Positions 11,740-24,592 of a stretch of DNA of 64,000 nucleotides are shown here, piece after piece. The notes under the pieces are model-generated. The model was not told the DNA's origin and made no database searches. It saw only the letters and a program-made list of their open reading frames with translations. This DNA is from Callorhinchus milii. Its lineage: Eukaryota. Location of the stretch: contig NW_024704742.1 in NCBI RefSeq assembly GCF_018977255.1, positions 121,398,001 through 121,462,000 of the forward strand, given 5' to 3'. Both the position numbers and the translations under genes were made by a program. Position 1 is the stretch's first letter. Every line of letters starts with the position of its first letter.

Positions 11740-12100
11740 TGGAGTTCTGTAGCTCAGTGGTTGGAGCACTCGCCTCGCAAGCGAGAGACCTGGGTTCTAT
11801 TTCCAGCAAGGCGAAATGTTGGGTAAGTTTCCTTACTCCACACGTTCCTGTTTACCTAGCAGTAAGTAGGAACCCGGTTGTTAGTTGATTGGCAAATCAC
11901 TTTTCCAGGAATAATAATCCTTCAAAAAAAACTAATAATTTGGTCACTAAATCCACGACTGTTTGTGGGACACTGCTGTGTGCAAGTGGCTTCCGTGTTT
12001 TGCCCACAAATACAGTCAATTCACTTTACAGTATATTCTGTGAAGTGCGTTGAATCATCTACAAGACACAAAAGGTGCTATATCAAATCCAAGGATTATT
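11740..12100 (+). mobile_element. Full-length tRNA-derived SINE, long form
   Basis: A box TAGCTCAGTGG, B-box-like GGTTCTATTTCC, extra central segment CCTGTTTACCTAGCAGTAAGTAGGAACCCGGTTGTTAGTTGATTGGC, shared 3' tail. Confidence 0.9.
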
Positions 12101-13594
12101 AATTTGAGATGTCCATATTTGGAATTGGTCATCCCCAAAGCCTTCTCTTAGTGTTGACCTATGATCAATATGTATAAATATTAATTTTTGATCAATGCTG
12201 AATTTTGCATCAACCTTGCTCCAAAGCTAAACATGTATAAAAACAAAAGTTTTACCCAACACGAAAGCAACTGAAGTGCCATACTGCATTCTATGCTTTT
12301 TTAAAAATATATCATTAAATACCTAGGAGGAGAAAAAACAAAAACTATTTGCAGGCTGAGACCTATTCCTATTCTAACCTGAAAGCAATTCTTCTAAAGC
12401 CCTGCAGATGCTATCAAACCTTCATACTGTCAGTTGGCCATTACTGTGTACTGATCTAAACATAACATTGGACTGCTAAACCCTTCAGATTGAACTCTCC
12501 TTGAACAGTACTCATCACTCATTCCCTCTCAATTACAAAGGTGCTGCCAATGCTTCTGTCATGACATTTCTTTTCCAAAGGATATTTATTTTACTGGGAT
12601 TGCGACCAGTGTGATATCCTTATGTCTATTTTTTAGTCTCAAGACAAAGCATTTTATTTACTTAGCTGTTACTTCTGGCGAAGAAAAATGGTGGAGGGCT
12701 CTTGGCCAGATTAGATAAAATTCCTCACTAGAATAGGCAGACAAGAGGTTTGCTGCTTTCTAGCATAAGCCTACAAAATCTTGTGGCCCCCTTAACAATA
12801 TGCCTGTAAATTTAGATTTGTTCCAAGTACAATTGTTTTCTTTTAAAATGCATTGAGTATATAGACACAATCCAGGGAGTATCAAGTCATTATCCACAGA
12901 ATCTGTAGAACAACTTGGGGAGTACATATGGTTGGGGGGAGGGGGGGGGAGGGGGAGAAGAAGTGGAGTCTTTAGGTGAAGTTGTACATTAAATTTTTCT
13001 GAAAATGGATGGGTCTTTATCTTACCTAAAGTTTGAACTTCTACACAAACAAAAACGTACGTTAACCACAACAACTTGCATTTATATAGTGCCATTCAGG
13101 TAGAATAACGTCTCGGGACAGCTTCACAGTTGGACGCCGAGCAAGGGAGAAGGGAGAAGATGACTGTAGAGGCAGTCGAAGAAGTAGATTTTACGGCTGA
13201 GATTCAAAGACAAATAGACAGATTATTGTATATAAATATGTATATTGATATGAACATAAATATAAAAGTAAAAAGCACCAAGCCAGTTTCAAATAAGCGC
13301 TGGAGAAAACCTACCACAGTGGAAGCGGACAGGTAATCTAATATTGCTCTGTGCACTTGGGAGATTTGCTTTATTGAGAACCCTAGGATTTGGGGCACAG
13401 ACAACAGTAAGCTAGCCAATCGGGAACTGAATTTAAAATGCCATTTTTATATTACTCATTAGTCAATATTAAAAGCGAACTGTATTATCAATCATTCTGC
13501 CATATAAATATACTCAGATATTCCAGAATGACAGGGCTTTAAACACCAGAGATATCAAATTCAGTGTGGATCAAAAGCCTTGCAGCGTAAATGG

Positions 13595-14061
13595 GGTATC
13601 AGATACTCAAGAACCTGTAATACCACATGCTAAATGAAAAATAATCTAGACATGTTACTTACCTAGTAACCAGATGTACAAACAAGATACTCAGACTTGT
13701 TCACTAAAAACTCACCTAACCCCAATAGTACAAACTACTATTAGATACAAACTACTATTTTACAGTGCTGGAACACAGTCGGGTTGGCTAGACTGCATTC
13801 TTGAGACTCTGCAGTCTGAGAATCTGAGAATTACAGTATTTCAGTGCACAGAAAACCATGGGTACCAGTATGGGTGAACACATAATGCACTGTTTTTTCA
13901 CATGTTTGATTGATTGGTAATCCAGTGCACAATACAAGATACAAGCTATGCATATATATTATATATACACATTCACACACACACACACACGAGTATTCCT
14001 ATTATATATGTTTTTTTTTTCGATTAGCATGTGGCATTACAGGTTCTTGAGTATCAGGTAC
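13595..14061. mobile_element. Candidate MITE / non-autonomous DNA transposon
   Basis: GATACTCAAGAACCTGTAATACCACATGCTA (13602-13632) is a 30/31 reverse-complement match to 14025-14055, extending imperfectly to ~45 bp. The interior is non-coding. Confidence 0.6.
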
Positions 14062-14133
14062 TATTGTTGAGGAAGAAGAGCATCGCCACTTGCAACTTTT
14101 GAATAACAGCAGATGAATGAGAGACTTTCATAT

Positions 14134-14445
14134 TATAATAATAATAATCCTTGCATTTGATATAGCGCTTTTCACGTCAGGAGGACGTCCCAAAGCGCTT
14201 CGCAGAACACACTAAATTAATTGACTGTATATTTGTGGGCGAACGAGGCAGCCAATTGCACACAGCAATGTCCCACAAACAGTCTTGGATTGAAAATGAC
14301 AAATTTATTATTGTTTTTGGAGGGATTATTATTAGGCTCTGTGTGGAGTAAGGAAACTTGCCCAAGGTTTCGCACTGCCTGGAATTGAACTCAGGTCTCT
14401 CGCTTGCAAAGCGAGTGCTCTAACCACTGAGCTACAGGACTCCAC
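14134..14445 (-). mobile_element. Full-length tRNA(Ala)-like SINE, short form
   Basis: Head GTGGAGTCCTGTAGCTCAGTGGTTAGAGCACTCGCTTTGCAAGCGAGAGACCTGAGTTCAATTCC; (ATT)n tail. Confidence 0.93.
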
Positions 14446-14624
14446 GTATTGTAAATCAAGTTCTGGTTCCAAAAAATGTAGTTATAATACTGAATGCACT
14501 TGGGGACACCCACCACTGAAGCACCCAGTGTTCGATGAGAAGTGCATCGAGATCCCCAGATGAGTCTGGCAACACCACAAGAACGTCATCTGCAACTAGT
14601 AACACAATTCTATCAAAAATGCCA

Positions 14625-14815
14625 AATAATAATCCTTGTATTTGATATAGCGCTTTTCACATCTTCTAGACGTCTCAAAGCACTTCGCAGAATATACCGT
14701 AAAGTGAATTGACTGTATATTTGTGGGCAAAATGCGGCAGCCAATTGCGCACAGCAGTGTCCCACAAACAGTCGTGGATTGAAAATGACCAATTTATTAT
14801 TGTTTTTTGTTTTTG
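14625..14815 (-). mobile_element. 3' half SINE copy
   Basis: Same body and tail as the adjacent full copy. Confidence 0.88.
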
Positions 14816-15544
14816 GACTAATCTGTCCGTCTCTCTCAATGCCATCAAATACATGCATCATGAATAAGAGTACATCAAATAAGGTGAGTCACAGTGGACA
14901 ACTTTGGCTGATGGCTTTTTTGAGTGGGAGAAGCTAAATGAGTCTCCCATAAACCCATCAAAAAATTGATGAACCTAATGTAGGTGGGTTTCCCCAGAGC
15001 TTTGACATTCTTGGATCTCACACAAAGTCACAAACTGGCGCACAAAAACAGAATCCAACATTTTATCCCTGATTATACCACGGGTCTCCAAAGCATCATA
15101 TATACACATCATAAATACTTGGAACACTTTAGTGGTGGTGAGAGTCAGAACCACAGAGAGAACACATGGAGACAGGTTAGGGATAGAAAGGGAAATGGAC
15201 AGTAAATGACAGCGAGAAAGGCAGAGATATGGAGACGAAGATTTGAGCACACAGATTTAAATTACAACATCTATCCTATCACCCACCCTTCGTAATATAG
15301 TAAAGGGGACAGTGTTTATTATTCGGTTTTCAGTATCCGTTTGTATGACATCAAGCTCTTGGCCCCCCAGTATGCAACCTTTTGTCACCAATCATCATCC
15401 GAACCCGAACACCAGCAAATGACTCATGGCCACCAATCATGGGCCGATTGAAAGACTCCCGCCAGCACTGTGAGATCACATCCAATACGACTTCCTTGCC
15501 CCATCAACACCCTGCAGATAAAGCCCTAAACAGGTAGGGTGGTC

Positions 15545-15685
15545 ACAGCTGGACAAGGATCTGTCTGCAGAGGAAAGATGCAAAAGGGTTTGGGGAATAG
15601 AATAGTATGGGATGGTTGACATCATGAAGGAGCAAACACCAACACAAAAAATTGGGCCAAATGGCCTCTTACATTTCTACAGTTT
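15545..15685 (+). mobile_element. CR1-like LINE 3' end remnant
   Basis: Terminal TTGGGCCAAATGGCCTC motif, typical of CR1 3' UTR ends. Confidence 0.5.
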
Positions 15686-17689
15686 ACACTTCTGGATTAA
15701 CAAGGTCAAAGTGTTACTTCTCCCCATATTATATACTGTATTACACAATGGAACTGGACCAAAAACACTGAATGGCTACGAGGACAGAGACCTGCCAACT
15801 GTTCACTGAGCTTTATTAGTTTGTTGTAAAAGCAGCGCAGCAATAAATAAAGCAAAGCTCTGATCTGCTGGAATGAGAAGCAGTGCAGTATTAGAAGAAA
15901 ATGCTTAGTGCACCACCTGATCATTCAAATAGACAATATTGCAACAGACAGTGAATGCTATGCCAAAACACTTTTTTCAGTAACCCATAATCTCATCCGC
16001 TACGAGTGAGACTTGAGGAGGAATGTTTTGCGTACTTATAAACGCTATATATCATCGTCAGGTACAGACACGCCAGGGATGGATACTCAGGAAGTGGCCT
16101 GGTCCTATTCACTACTACAAACCTAATGCAATGTAGACATTAGGAAACAATTTAATTTGTAATAATTTACATGTTTTTCATATTTGCAATATTGTTAGCT
16201 AAAGTTTATTTTTATATAAATATTGCCCTTGAGGAGTGGCTTGTCATCATTTGATTGCCTTGCCAACAATTATATAACAATTTAGAAACGCAGCGTAAAA
16301 AGGTACCAAGCTGTTAGCAAAACACCAGTTTGACAAGTCATAACCAATATTAGCTGGAGCTCTTCCAGGCATAAAAACAACCTTTCAATCTATATAGTCA
16401 TAATAAATGCTTCTTTAAAGAAATGTAAAAGGTGCATAGACAGATGTCACTGTGTTGTATATGTGGGAAAATTGGTGGGCATTTTCCCACATTCATTTCT
16501 CCTGAATAATTCCATTATACAAATCCTAACAGATTAATAGCATTCCAATGACATATTTAACAGGCTCTTGAAGGATGGAAAAATAGTACTTGGTTTACTT
16601 ACACCCCCCCCCCCGCCCCATCACATTTAAACACACACTTGCTCTTGAAACACCGTCCCCTTTCACCAAGTACTGTATTCTCATCTTTTATAACCCTCAC
16701 ATGATCGATCTATCTCACTTATGGAGTTCAGCTCATCAGAGCTGCACTGGAATAAGGACAACGGGTGAGGAGGCTGAGTAAAGGAGCGAAGAAGCCGAAC
16801 GTTTAAGCTCACAGAATTTTGGCAATCAGTGCAAACATTCCTCGGCTAGTTTGTATTATCACAACCTTTCACTCCGAGCTCAGCCCATCTTCAAAAAAAA
16901 CTCTGCTCAGCTGAGGGCCAAATATTCCCTGCAGCAGAGTCTCTGAGATCCAAAAAAAAAAGAAAGCTGCCAGGATTTCTCCTCCAAACCCTTTTTTTTT
17001 GGGTTTCTCCAAAAAAAAAAAAATTATTTAAAACCCTTGACATCGTTCTCACCGAAGAGGAGCTACGAAAGCTCGCCTCCGTCTGCTGGAAGATTGCATC
17101 TTTTATTTATCGCCCCTTGGCTTATTTTCACAGTGAATTCCTGGCTAAATGCAATCAGCCAAGAACCCTCCCTTTACGCGCTCCTGTCATTCTTGATCGG
17201 TTGCATGCGGAGAATCAAGCGCAAAAAAATGCTCATCAAAGCCAACAAACAGAATGGCTGGCCACCACTTCGGCGTTTCTCTCCCTATAAAAAGGCTGCA
17301 AAAAAAAAAATATATAATAATAATAATAACACTGATGATAAACTGGCCAGAATTAAAGCAGACGTGTGTGTGTAAAAAAAACACCACCACCACCACCACC
17401 ACCCCACACACTACCCGACGAGGAGAAGGGAAACGAGTCAGGAATTGGGAGACGTAGACCTGGGAGACAGAAAAGGGGGAGGGAGGGAGAGAGAGGAAAA
17501 TAAAAAAAACACCCCAAACACATTTACTGGGCGAAATCCCCTTTAGGCGGAAAGGGCACTGCGCCCAATGAGCCACTGGAAAATAAACGATCATTGCAGA
17601 AAATCACGTTTGCAGATCGCTTTAGAATTCAAATGACCCACAGTCCGGGGGGAGCCGACAGGAACACTCAAACTGGATCAGGGGACAGA

Positions 17690-18036
17690 AAGGAGGAGAG
17701 AGGGAGAGGGGGAGGGGGAGAGGGAGAGAGAGAGAGAGAGGGGGAGAGGGAGAGGGGGAGAGAGGGAGAGAGGGAGAGAGAGGGAGGGAGAGAGAGGGAG
17801 AGAGAGGGAGAGAGAGGGAGGGAGAGAGAGAGAGGGAGGGAGAGAGAGGGAGGGAGAGAGAGAGAGAGAGGGGGAGAGGGAGAGGGGGGGAGAGAGGGGA
17901 GAGAGGGAGAGAGGGGAGAGAGAGGGAGATAGAGGGAGATAGAGGGAGATAGAGGGAGAGAGAGGGGGGAGGGAGAGAGGGAGAGAGGGAGAGAGAGGGA
18001 GGGAGAGAGAGAGAGGGAGAGAGAGAGAGAGAGGGG

Positions 18037-18067
<31 letters not shown>

Positions 18068-18212
18068 GGGGGGAGAGGGAGAGAGGGAGAGAGAGGGAGA
18101 GAGAGAGGGGGAGGGAGAGAGGGAGAGGGGGAGGGAGAGGGAGAGAGAGAGGAGAGAGGGAGAGGGGGGGAGAGAGGGAGAGAGGGGGGGGGGGGGGGGG
18201 GAGAGGGAGAGG
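17690..18212. repeat. Homopurine G/A low-complexity tract (~520 bp)
   Basis: Almost exclusively G and A on the + strand (GGGAGA/GAGA mosaic). Confidence 0.95.
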
Positions 18213-18630
18213 GCCATTTGTGTTTGCAGGAAAACAGAAATCTGGGGAGACATTTGGCCACACGATCTCTTTTTTTTTCCCCTTTGGATGGATCCCCCCC
18301 TCTCTCTCTCTCTCTCCTCTTCTCTCTCTCACACTCTCTCTCTCTCTCTCTCATTCTTCGTGGAATGAAAGGCTCGCCCCAGCCAGTCAGTCTGTCACTG
18401 CCCTCCACATATTTCTCCCCCCAATGTCTCTAACAAGCATTGAAGAAAGCTCTATTGTCCGACGGTGGAGGGTGACAGAAACTGAAAAGAACAAATAATA
18501 AACATGAAAATGGGAACAAAGTAACGAAGCGGTGGGAAGGGGAAGGGAAGGGGAAGGGAATGCCTGACGGCTATTTGATATGCGCAATTGGCAAATATAA
18601 CAACCGGGGTCGCTTCCAACAAAAGCAAAG

Positions 18631-19025
18631 CCCCCCCCAACCCACCCACCCCTCACCCCACCCCCAACCACCCACCCTCACCCCCCAACCCACCCACCCC
18701 TCACCCCCCAACCCACCCACCCCCTCACCCCACCCCTCACCCCCCCAACCCACCCCACAAACCCATCCCTCACCCCCCCAACCACCCATCCCCTCACCCC
18801 CCCCCCACCACCCTCACCCCCCAACCCACCCACCCCTCACCCCACCCCCTCACCCCCCAACCCACCCACCCCTCACCCCCCAACCCACCCCCCTCACCCC
18901 CCAACCCACCCCCCCTCACCCCCAACCCACCCCCCTCACCCATCCCCCCTCACCCCCCCAACCCACCCCACAAACGCATCCACCCCTCATCCCCCAAACC
19001 ACCCCAACGCCATCACCATCCCACC
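18631..19025. repeat. C-rich degenerate minisatellite (~23-bp unit, CCCACCCACCCCTCACCCCCCAA)
   Basis: Reiterated unit is visible directly. Confidence 0.9.
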
Positions 19026-19734
19026 AGGTTCAAAATAAATAGGGATAAAACAGCCTCGCGATTCTCCGTTTACCATCCTTTATCGACCCCTTTAAACCCC
19101 CCCCAACCCCCCCCCCCCCCACACACACACACCGCATTTGCCAGGGTATTAGTACACACAGGACGGATTGCTTTTTATTTCCAGAATTATTATTTTTTTT
19201 GGGGGGGGAGTGATGTGTGTGTGTGTGTGTTGAGGAGGAGGAGGGGAAGAGGAGAGAGAATGGTTTATGACAACTTCTTTCCCCTCACCCCCCTCCTCCT
19301 CCCCCTCCCCAAGAGAAACCTGTACAAATTATAAACACACACACACACACAGACAGACACAGAAGGCCACTGTACAGGGACACACACTCACTCACTCGCT
19401 CGTTACGTTTCAATAACAATAAAATATTTCACAAATTAAACAAAAACAGTGCTGCAAAACAAGACGCCATCTTTTCCGAATCCGATGGTGTGGGGGGGGG
19501 GGGTGTAAGGCGGAGGGGAGGGGGAGAGGGGGGGAGAGGGGAGGGGGGGAGAGAGAGAAGGGGAGGAGGAGGAGGAGAGAGAAAAAATTCTTTGTGGCAT
19601 TTGAACATTTCAAACAACCACCACCACCACCACCACCAACTCAACTCGTGCGATGCATTAAAGGGACGGACGTGATGGTTTGAGTGACGGGGTTAAAAAA
19701 TCCCAACGTCGCCCCCGAGAGATCAAACTGGAAT

Positions 19735-20572
19735 GCCTCCCTCCCTCCCTGCCTTGCCCTGCCTGTCCCCCTGCCTTGCCCTGCCTGTCCCCCTGCCTGT
19801 GCCCTGCCTGTCCCCCTGCCTTGCCCTGCCTGTCCCCCTGCCTCCCTTGCCCTGCCTGTCCTCCCTCCCTGCCTTGCCCTGCCTGTCCCCTGCCTGTCCC
19901 CCTGCCTCCCTTGCCCTGCCTGTCCCCCTGCCTCCCTTGCCCTGTCTGTCCCCCTGCCTCCCTTGCCCTGCCCTCCCTCCCTGTCCTGCCCCCCTCCCTC
20001 CCTGTCCTGCCCCCCTCCCTCCCTGTCCTGCCCCCCTCCCTCCCTGTCCTGCCCCCCCTCCCTCCCTGTCCTGCCCCCCCTCCCTCCCTGTCCTGCCCCC
20101 CTCCCTCCCTGTCCTGCCCTCCCTCCCTCCCTGTCCTGCCCCCCTCCCTCCCTGTCCTGCCCTCCCTCCCTCCCTGTCCTGCCCTCCCTCCCTCCCTGTC
20201 CTGCCCCCCTCCCTCCCTGTCCTGCCCCCCTCCCTCCCTGTCCTGCCCCCTCCCTCCCTGTCCTGCCCCCTCCCTCCCTGTCCTGCCCTCCCTCCCTGTC
20301 CTGCCTGCCCCCTCCCTCCCTGTCCTGCCCTCCCTCCCTGTCCTGCCTGCCCCCTCCCTCCCTGTCCTGCCTGCCCCCCTCCCTCCCTGTCCTGCCTGCC
20401 CCCCTCCCTCCCTGTCCTGCCCCCTCCCTCCCTGTCCTGCCCTCCCTCCCTGTCCTGCCCTCCCTCCCTGTCCTGCCTGCCCCCTCCCTCCCTGTCCTGC
20501 CTTGCCCTGCCTGTCCAGCCTTGCCCCCCTCCCTCCCTGCCTGTCCTGCCCCCCTTCCTGCCTGTCTGTCCC
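19735..20572. repeat. C-rich minisatellite (~20-24-bp units, CCCTGTCCTGCCCCCTCCCT and GCCTTGCCCTGCCTGTCCCCCT variants)
   Basis: About 840 bp of tandem units with no A on the + strand for most of the length. Explains the spurious ~300-aa ORFs. Confidence 0.95.
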
Positions 20573-20684
20573 TTTAACATAAAGGCTGTATTGTGCGCTC
20601 CTGCCTTCACCGTGTTTGCTCTTTAAATTCCTGACGCGGTCACATCAACCATTATCTGGTTGGCGTCGGGGGGTCGGGTCCTCA

Positions 20685-21191
<507 letters not shown>

Positions 21192-21238
21192 TTACAATGA
21201 GGGCGCGCCTCGGCTGCGGCAAAAAAAGGTCAGGCGCT

Positions 21239-21658
21239 CCTAATATGGCGGCGAGTGGGGAGGGGGGGGGGGAGAGAGGGCGTCGGCGGACTGTGTGATG
21301 TCGCCGCACAAGGCCACCGCGGCCTTATATGGAGCGGGAGGGGCCGGTTCCGAACCCCCCCCCACCCACCCGCCCTGTGATGCCGCCGCAGAACCACCAC
21401 CACCGCCCGCCCACCCGCTCCTTGTTTGGGGGGCGGCTCCGGCCGTAAAAGCCCCGCCCCCGTCCTTATATGGGAAGGGAGTGGGGTGGGGGGGCGTTCC
21501 CGAAGCCCTTAGAAGGCCGGTCTGTCCTTATATGGGAAGGGGAGGGCGGGGCCGCGCGGCCCCGAACGCCTTAAAAGGACCGTCCGTCCTTATTTGGAAC
21601 CGCACCAGCGGATCAGCGGCGACCCGCTTTGATCTCGTGGTTAAAGGGGCCGCCGCCC

Positions 21659-21692
<34 letters not shown>

Positions 21693-22036
21693 AGAGAGAG
21701 AGAGAGAGGAGTGCAATCTTGGCAGCTGTGAGAGCTGCAGCCGCCCCGCTTTACTCTAATAATAATACTGATCCTTGCGTTTGATGCAGCGCCTCATCAC
21801 GTCCAACCACTGGAGACACTGGCAACTTTTTTTTTGTCATGCGTGTGTATGTGCGCGTGTGTGCGTGTGCGTGAGGATTGTGTCTTGGCGTAAAAGGACG
21901 GACCAGCTGAACCTTATATGGGAGAGAGGAGAGAGAGAACGAACGAACGCACGCGAGGGGTTCCTGTTCCCGGACGCCGGGTTGAGTCGAGCCGGGCCGA
22001 GCACTTGTCGTGTTTTCTTTCCCTCCCCGTATAAGG
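21239..22036. promoter_or_regulatory. Cluster of CArG boxes (SRF binding sites)
   Basis: Perfect CC(A/T)6GG at 21239, 21323, 21464, 21526, 21569, 21588 and 21912. One-mismatch versions at 21420, 21507 and 22027. Confidence 0.85.
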
Positions 22037-24451
22037 GCGGCCGCTCCTTTTATTTAGCCGAGGGGGAGTGGAGAGGAATTTGGGGTGGGCTCCCGAGTGT
22101 ACGATGCCCTTTTACGAGGGAAGGAGGAAGGGAGGGGAGCCGGCGTCACACGACTCTTCATAACAAAAGGGCGCTCGGTGGTCAGGGCCAGGGCTGCCGG
22201 GCTTCCTGCTTCGGGGTTTTTTTTTAAGTCTTAAAGGGAAATGTGTTGTGTTCCCAAACACTGAAGGCGGTGACAGAAGGGCTTTTTGTACCCCTGCCCC
22301 TGGCGTTGTTTCTACTCGAGAGGCTTTGTGTTAGAGCTATGCCTCGAGTTGCTTTTATTTTTAAGTGCAATTTAGATGGTGCGCGGGGTTGGGCGGAAGG
22401 TGCTTTAAAGGGAAGTTTGCCCGGTTGCCAAATCATATGGCAGCCCCGGGTCGTGCTGGTTGAGAGAGGCTTTCCGTCAGAACCATGCCTCATGACGTGT
22501 TAACTCTTGCAGCGACTTGTTCCAAATCCAGTTGTAAACTTTCATGTTGATTAACTAACTCCCCCGAAGCAGGCCTCCCACACTGCCACCACCTCTCAAA
22601 ACGCCAGACCTCATCCAGCTTCTTCTTCGTGCTAAATCAGCCTGCAGATTGAATTATTGTCGAGTCTGAAACCCAAGACACTGGGTCGGTATTTATAATA
22701 ATCCTTGCATTTGATATAGCACCTTACCATGCTATTGAGACGTCTCAAAGAGCTTCACGGAATATACTGTAAAGTGAATTGACTGTGTATTTGTGACTCC
22801 AATACAACAATGCCTTGTTATGATTCAGATACCGGAAAACACTTGCAATGATCATATTTACCACTACTTCCCTGTCACTGCTTAAATCCAGTTTCCATAC
22901 ATTCCAGTAAAGATGTTGCAGAGCTGGGGAATTGAGTAAATGTTCACTGCCAAAAACAAAACCTAAGTTTACAGGGGCCTACGATGAAGATATTTTTATT
23001 CTTTCTGTTTGAATCCAGGATAAATTTAGGCCCTGATTACTACTGTATATTTGTTAGTCATCAGCTTTCACTCAGCGCTCAGTCTTTTCATGCCTGAATC
23101 ACTCACAGAATTGCAACAAACCTGAAAACACTAAAAAAAATCCTGGCAGCTGGTTGCACACGCTTTGAAGTTAAAGAGAGTTTCCATAAGGTCCAAAGAT
23201 TTTAAACTAAATTACAATGGTGTGTGCAGGTTTCCAAAGGGGAGAGGAAAATGCTAGGTTGGCGAGTCACTGCACAGATGCTATACCATACATGTCAATA
23301 TTTCCACTGGAAAAATACCTATTGGCATACAAGTCCAGGGAAGGGAAAGGGCATAGTTCCCTTGAGATTTTCTTCTGCATAAAACTTTTGTTTTCCTGCA
23401 TTTTGATGGATACTTTCAATTCAAATTCTGCCAGCTTCAAATGAATAGTTCGACAAGAACAGACTGCAGAAAATCCATGCTCCTGTGTCTGAGCTGCAAA
23501 TTTAATACTGATTCAATTTAACATATTCTTGACCCTATTTTCCTATAATGGATTAATCCTTGATAAACGTGCTGTGATTATATAGAGGATATTGTATGTC
23601 TGGCAATTGGATTCAGATGATATGAGAAACTATTGAGAGGAAAATTCGTATGGTTTGTTAGTCATCTGAATCTCGATATTAGATTACTCTCTTTAATCCT
23701 CTGTCACCCATCCAATATTTTTATATTGTATGGAGGCTTTTTGTTCTAACCTTAGCGAATGGCACCTTTTTTCCACTGTTGTTGAATGAGGACACAGTTT
23801 GACCCAGGAAGCTATGTTATTTTAAGTCATATAAGATTAAGTGAATCTTCATAAATTATCAGGTTCTTCCGATGGTGCATTACAAAGGAATTCATTGCGC
23901 TTCAGATGTCAAAATAGATAATCCTTTAATGTAGACATCCTCACACATCAAGTGCACTGACATACCTAGACTAAAACTGAACCATGCAGCCTTGCAAGTA
24001 TGTAGTAATCCTTGTGCCTTATCACATCAAAGACATCTCAAAGATAATTGTCAAGTGCAGTGATTGGTTTTGTAGGTGAATTTAGTAATGCAGAAATATA
24101 TTATTTCCACAAACAATGCAGTAAGTCATTTCAAAGATGCTCACCTCCAAGCTCAGATGACACAATGATGAGGTGATTCTTTTATAATTGCTGTAACAGG
24201 TTCAATCTCCATAAACCAGTTATTGAGTCAGTCAGGAACTCCCTCACATGGTAAAAGAAAGTGAACCATGGAGTCTTAAAAAATTCCCTCAGAACACACA
24301 TAAGATGACACTCCAATATAGCGCAAGGGTACTTTGCATTGTCAGAGGTTCTATTCTTCGGATGAGAGATTGGAAAATGTATTTCAGAATAAGATAAAAG
24401 AAAGAAAATTAATTCAGTTTCCTGTCTAGACTCTAATTAAAAGAATTTTAC

Positions 24452-24575
24452 TAATAATAATGATTAATAATAATTCTTGCTTTTAATATAGCGCCTTATC
24501 ACTTCGTTGGACGTCTCAAAGCGCTTCACAGAATATATTGTAAAGTGGATTGACTGTGCATTTTGTGGGTGAAAT
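24452..24575 (-). mobile_element. 3'-partial SINE
   Basis: SINE tail and body on the minus strand, truncated at ~24575. Confidence 0.85.
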
Positions 24576-24592
24576 GGGAGATAAATGGAACA

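Noticed and set aside
19735..20572. Tandem array as a CRISPR-like locus
   Set aside because: No unique spacers, low complexity, vertebrate context and no cas genes.
17594..20626. Long Pro/Leu/Ser- or Gly/Arg/Glu-rich ORFs (190-300 aa)
   Set aside because: They are translations of simple repeats that lack stop codons in several frames at once.
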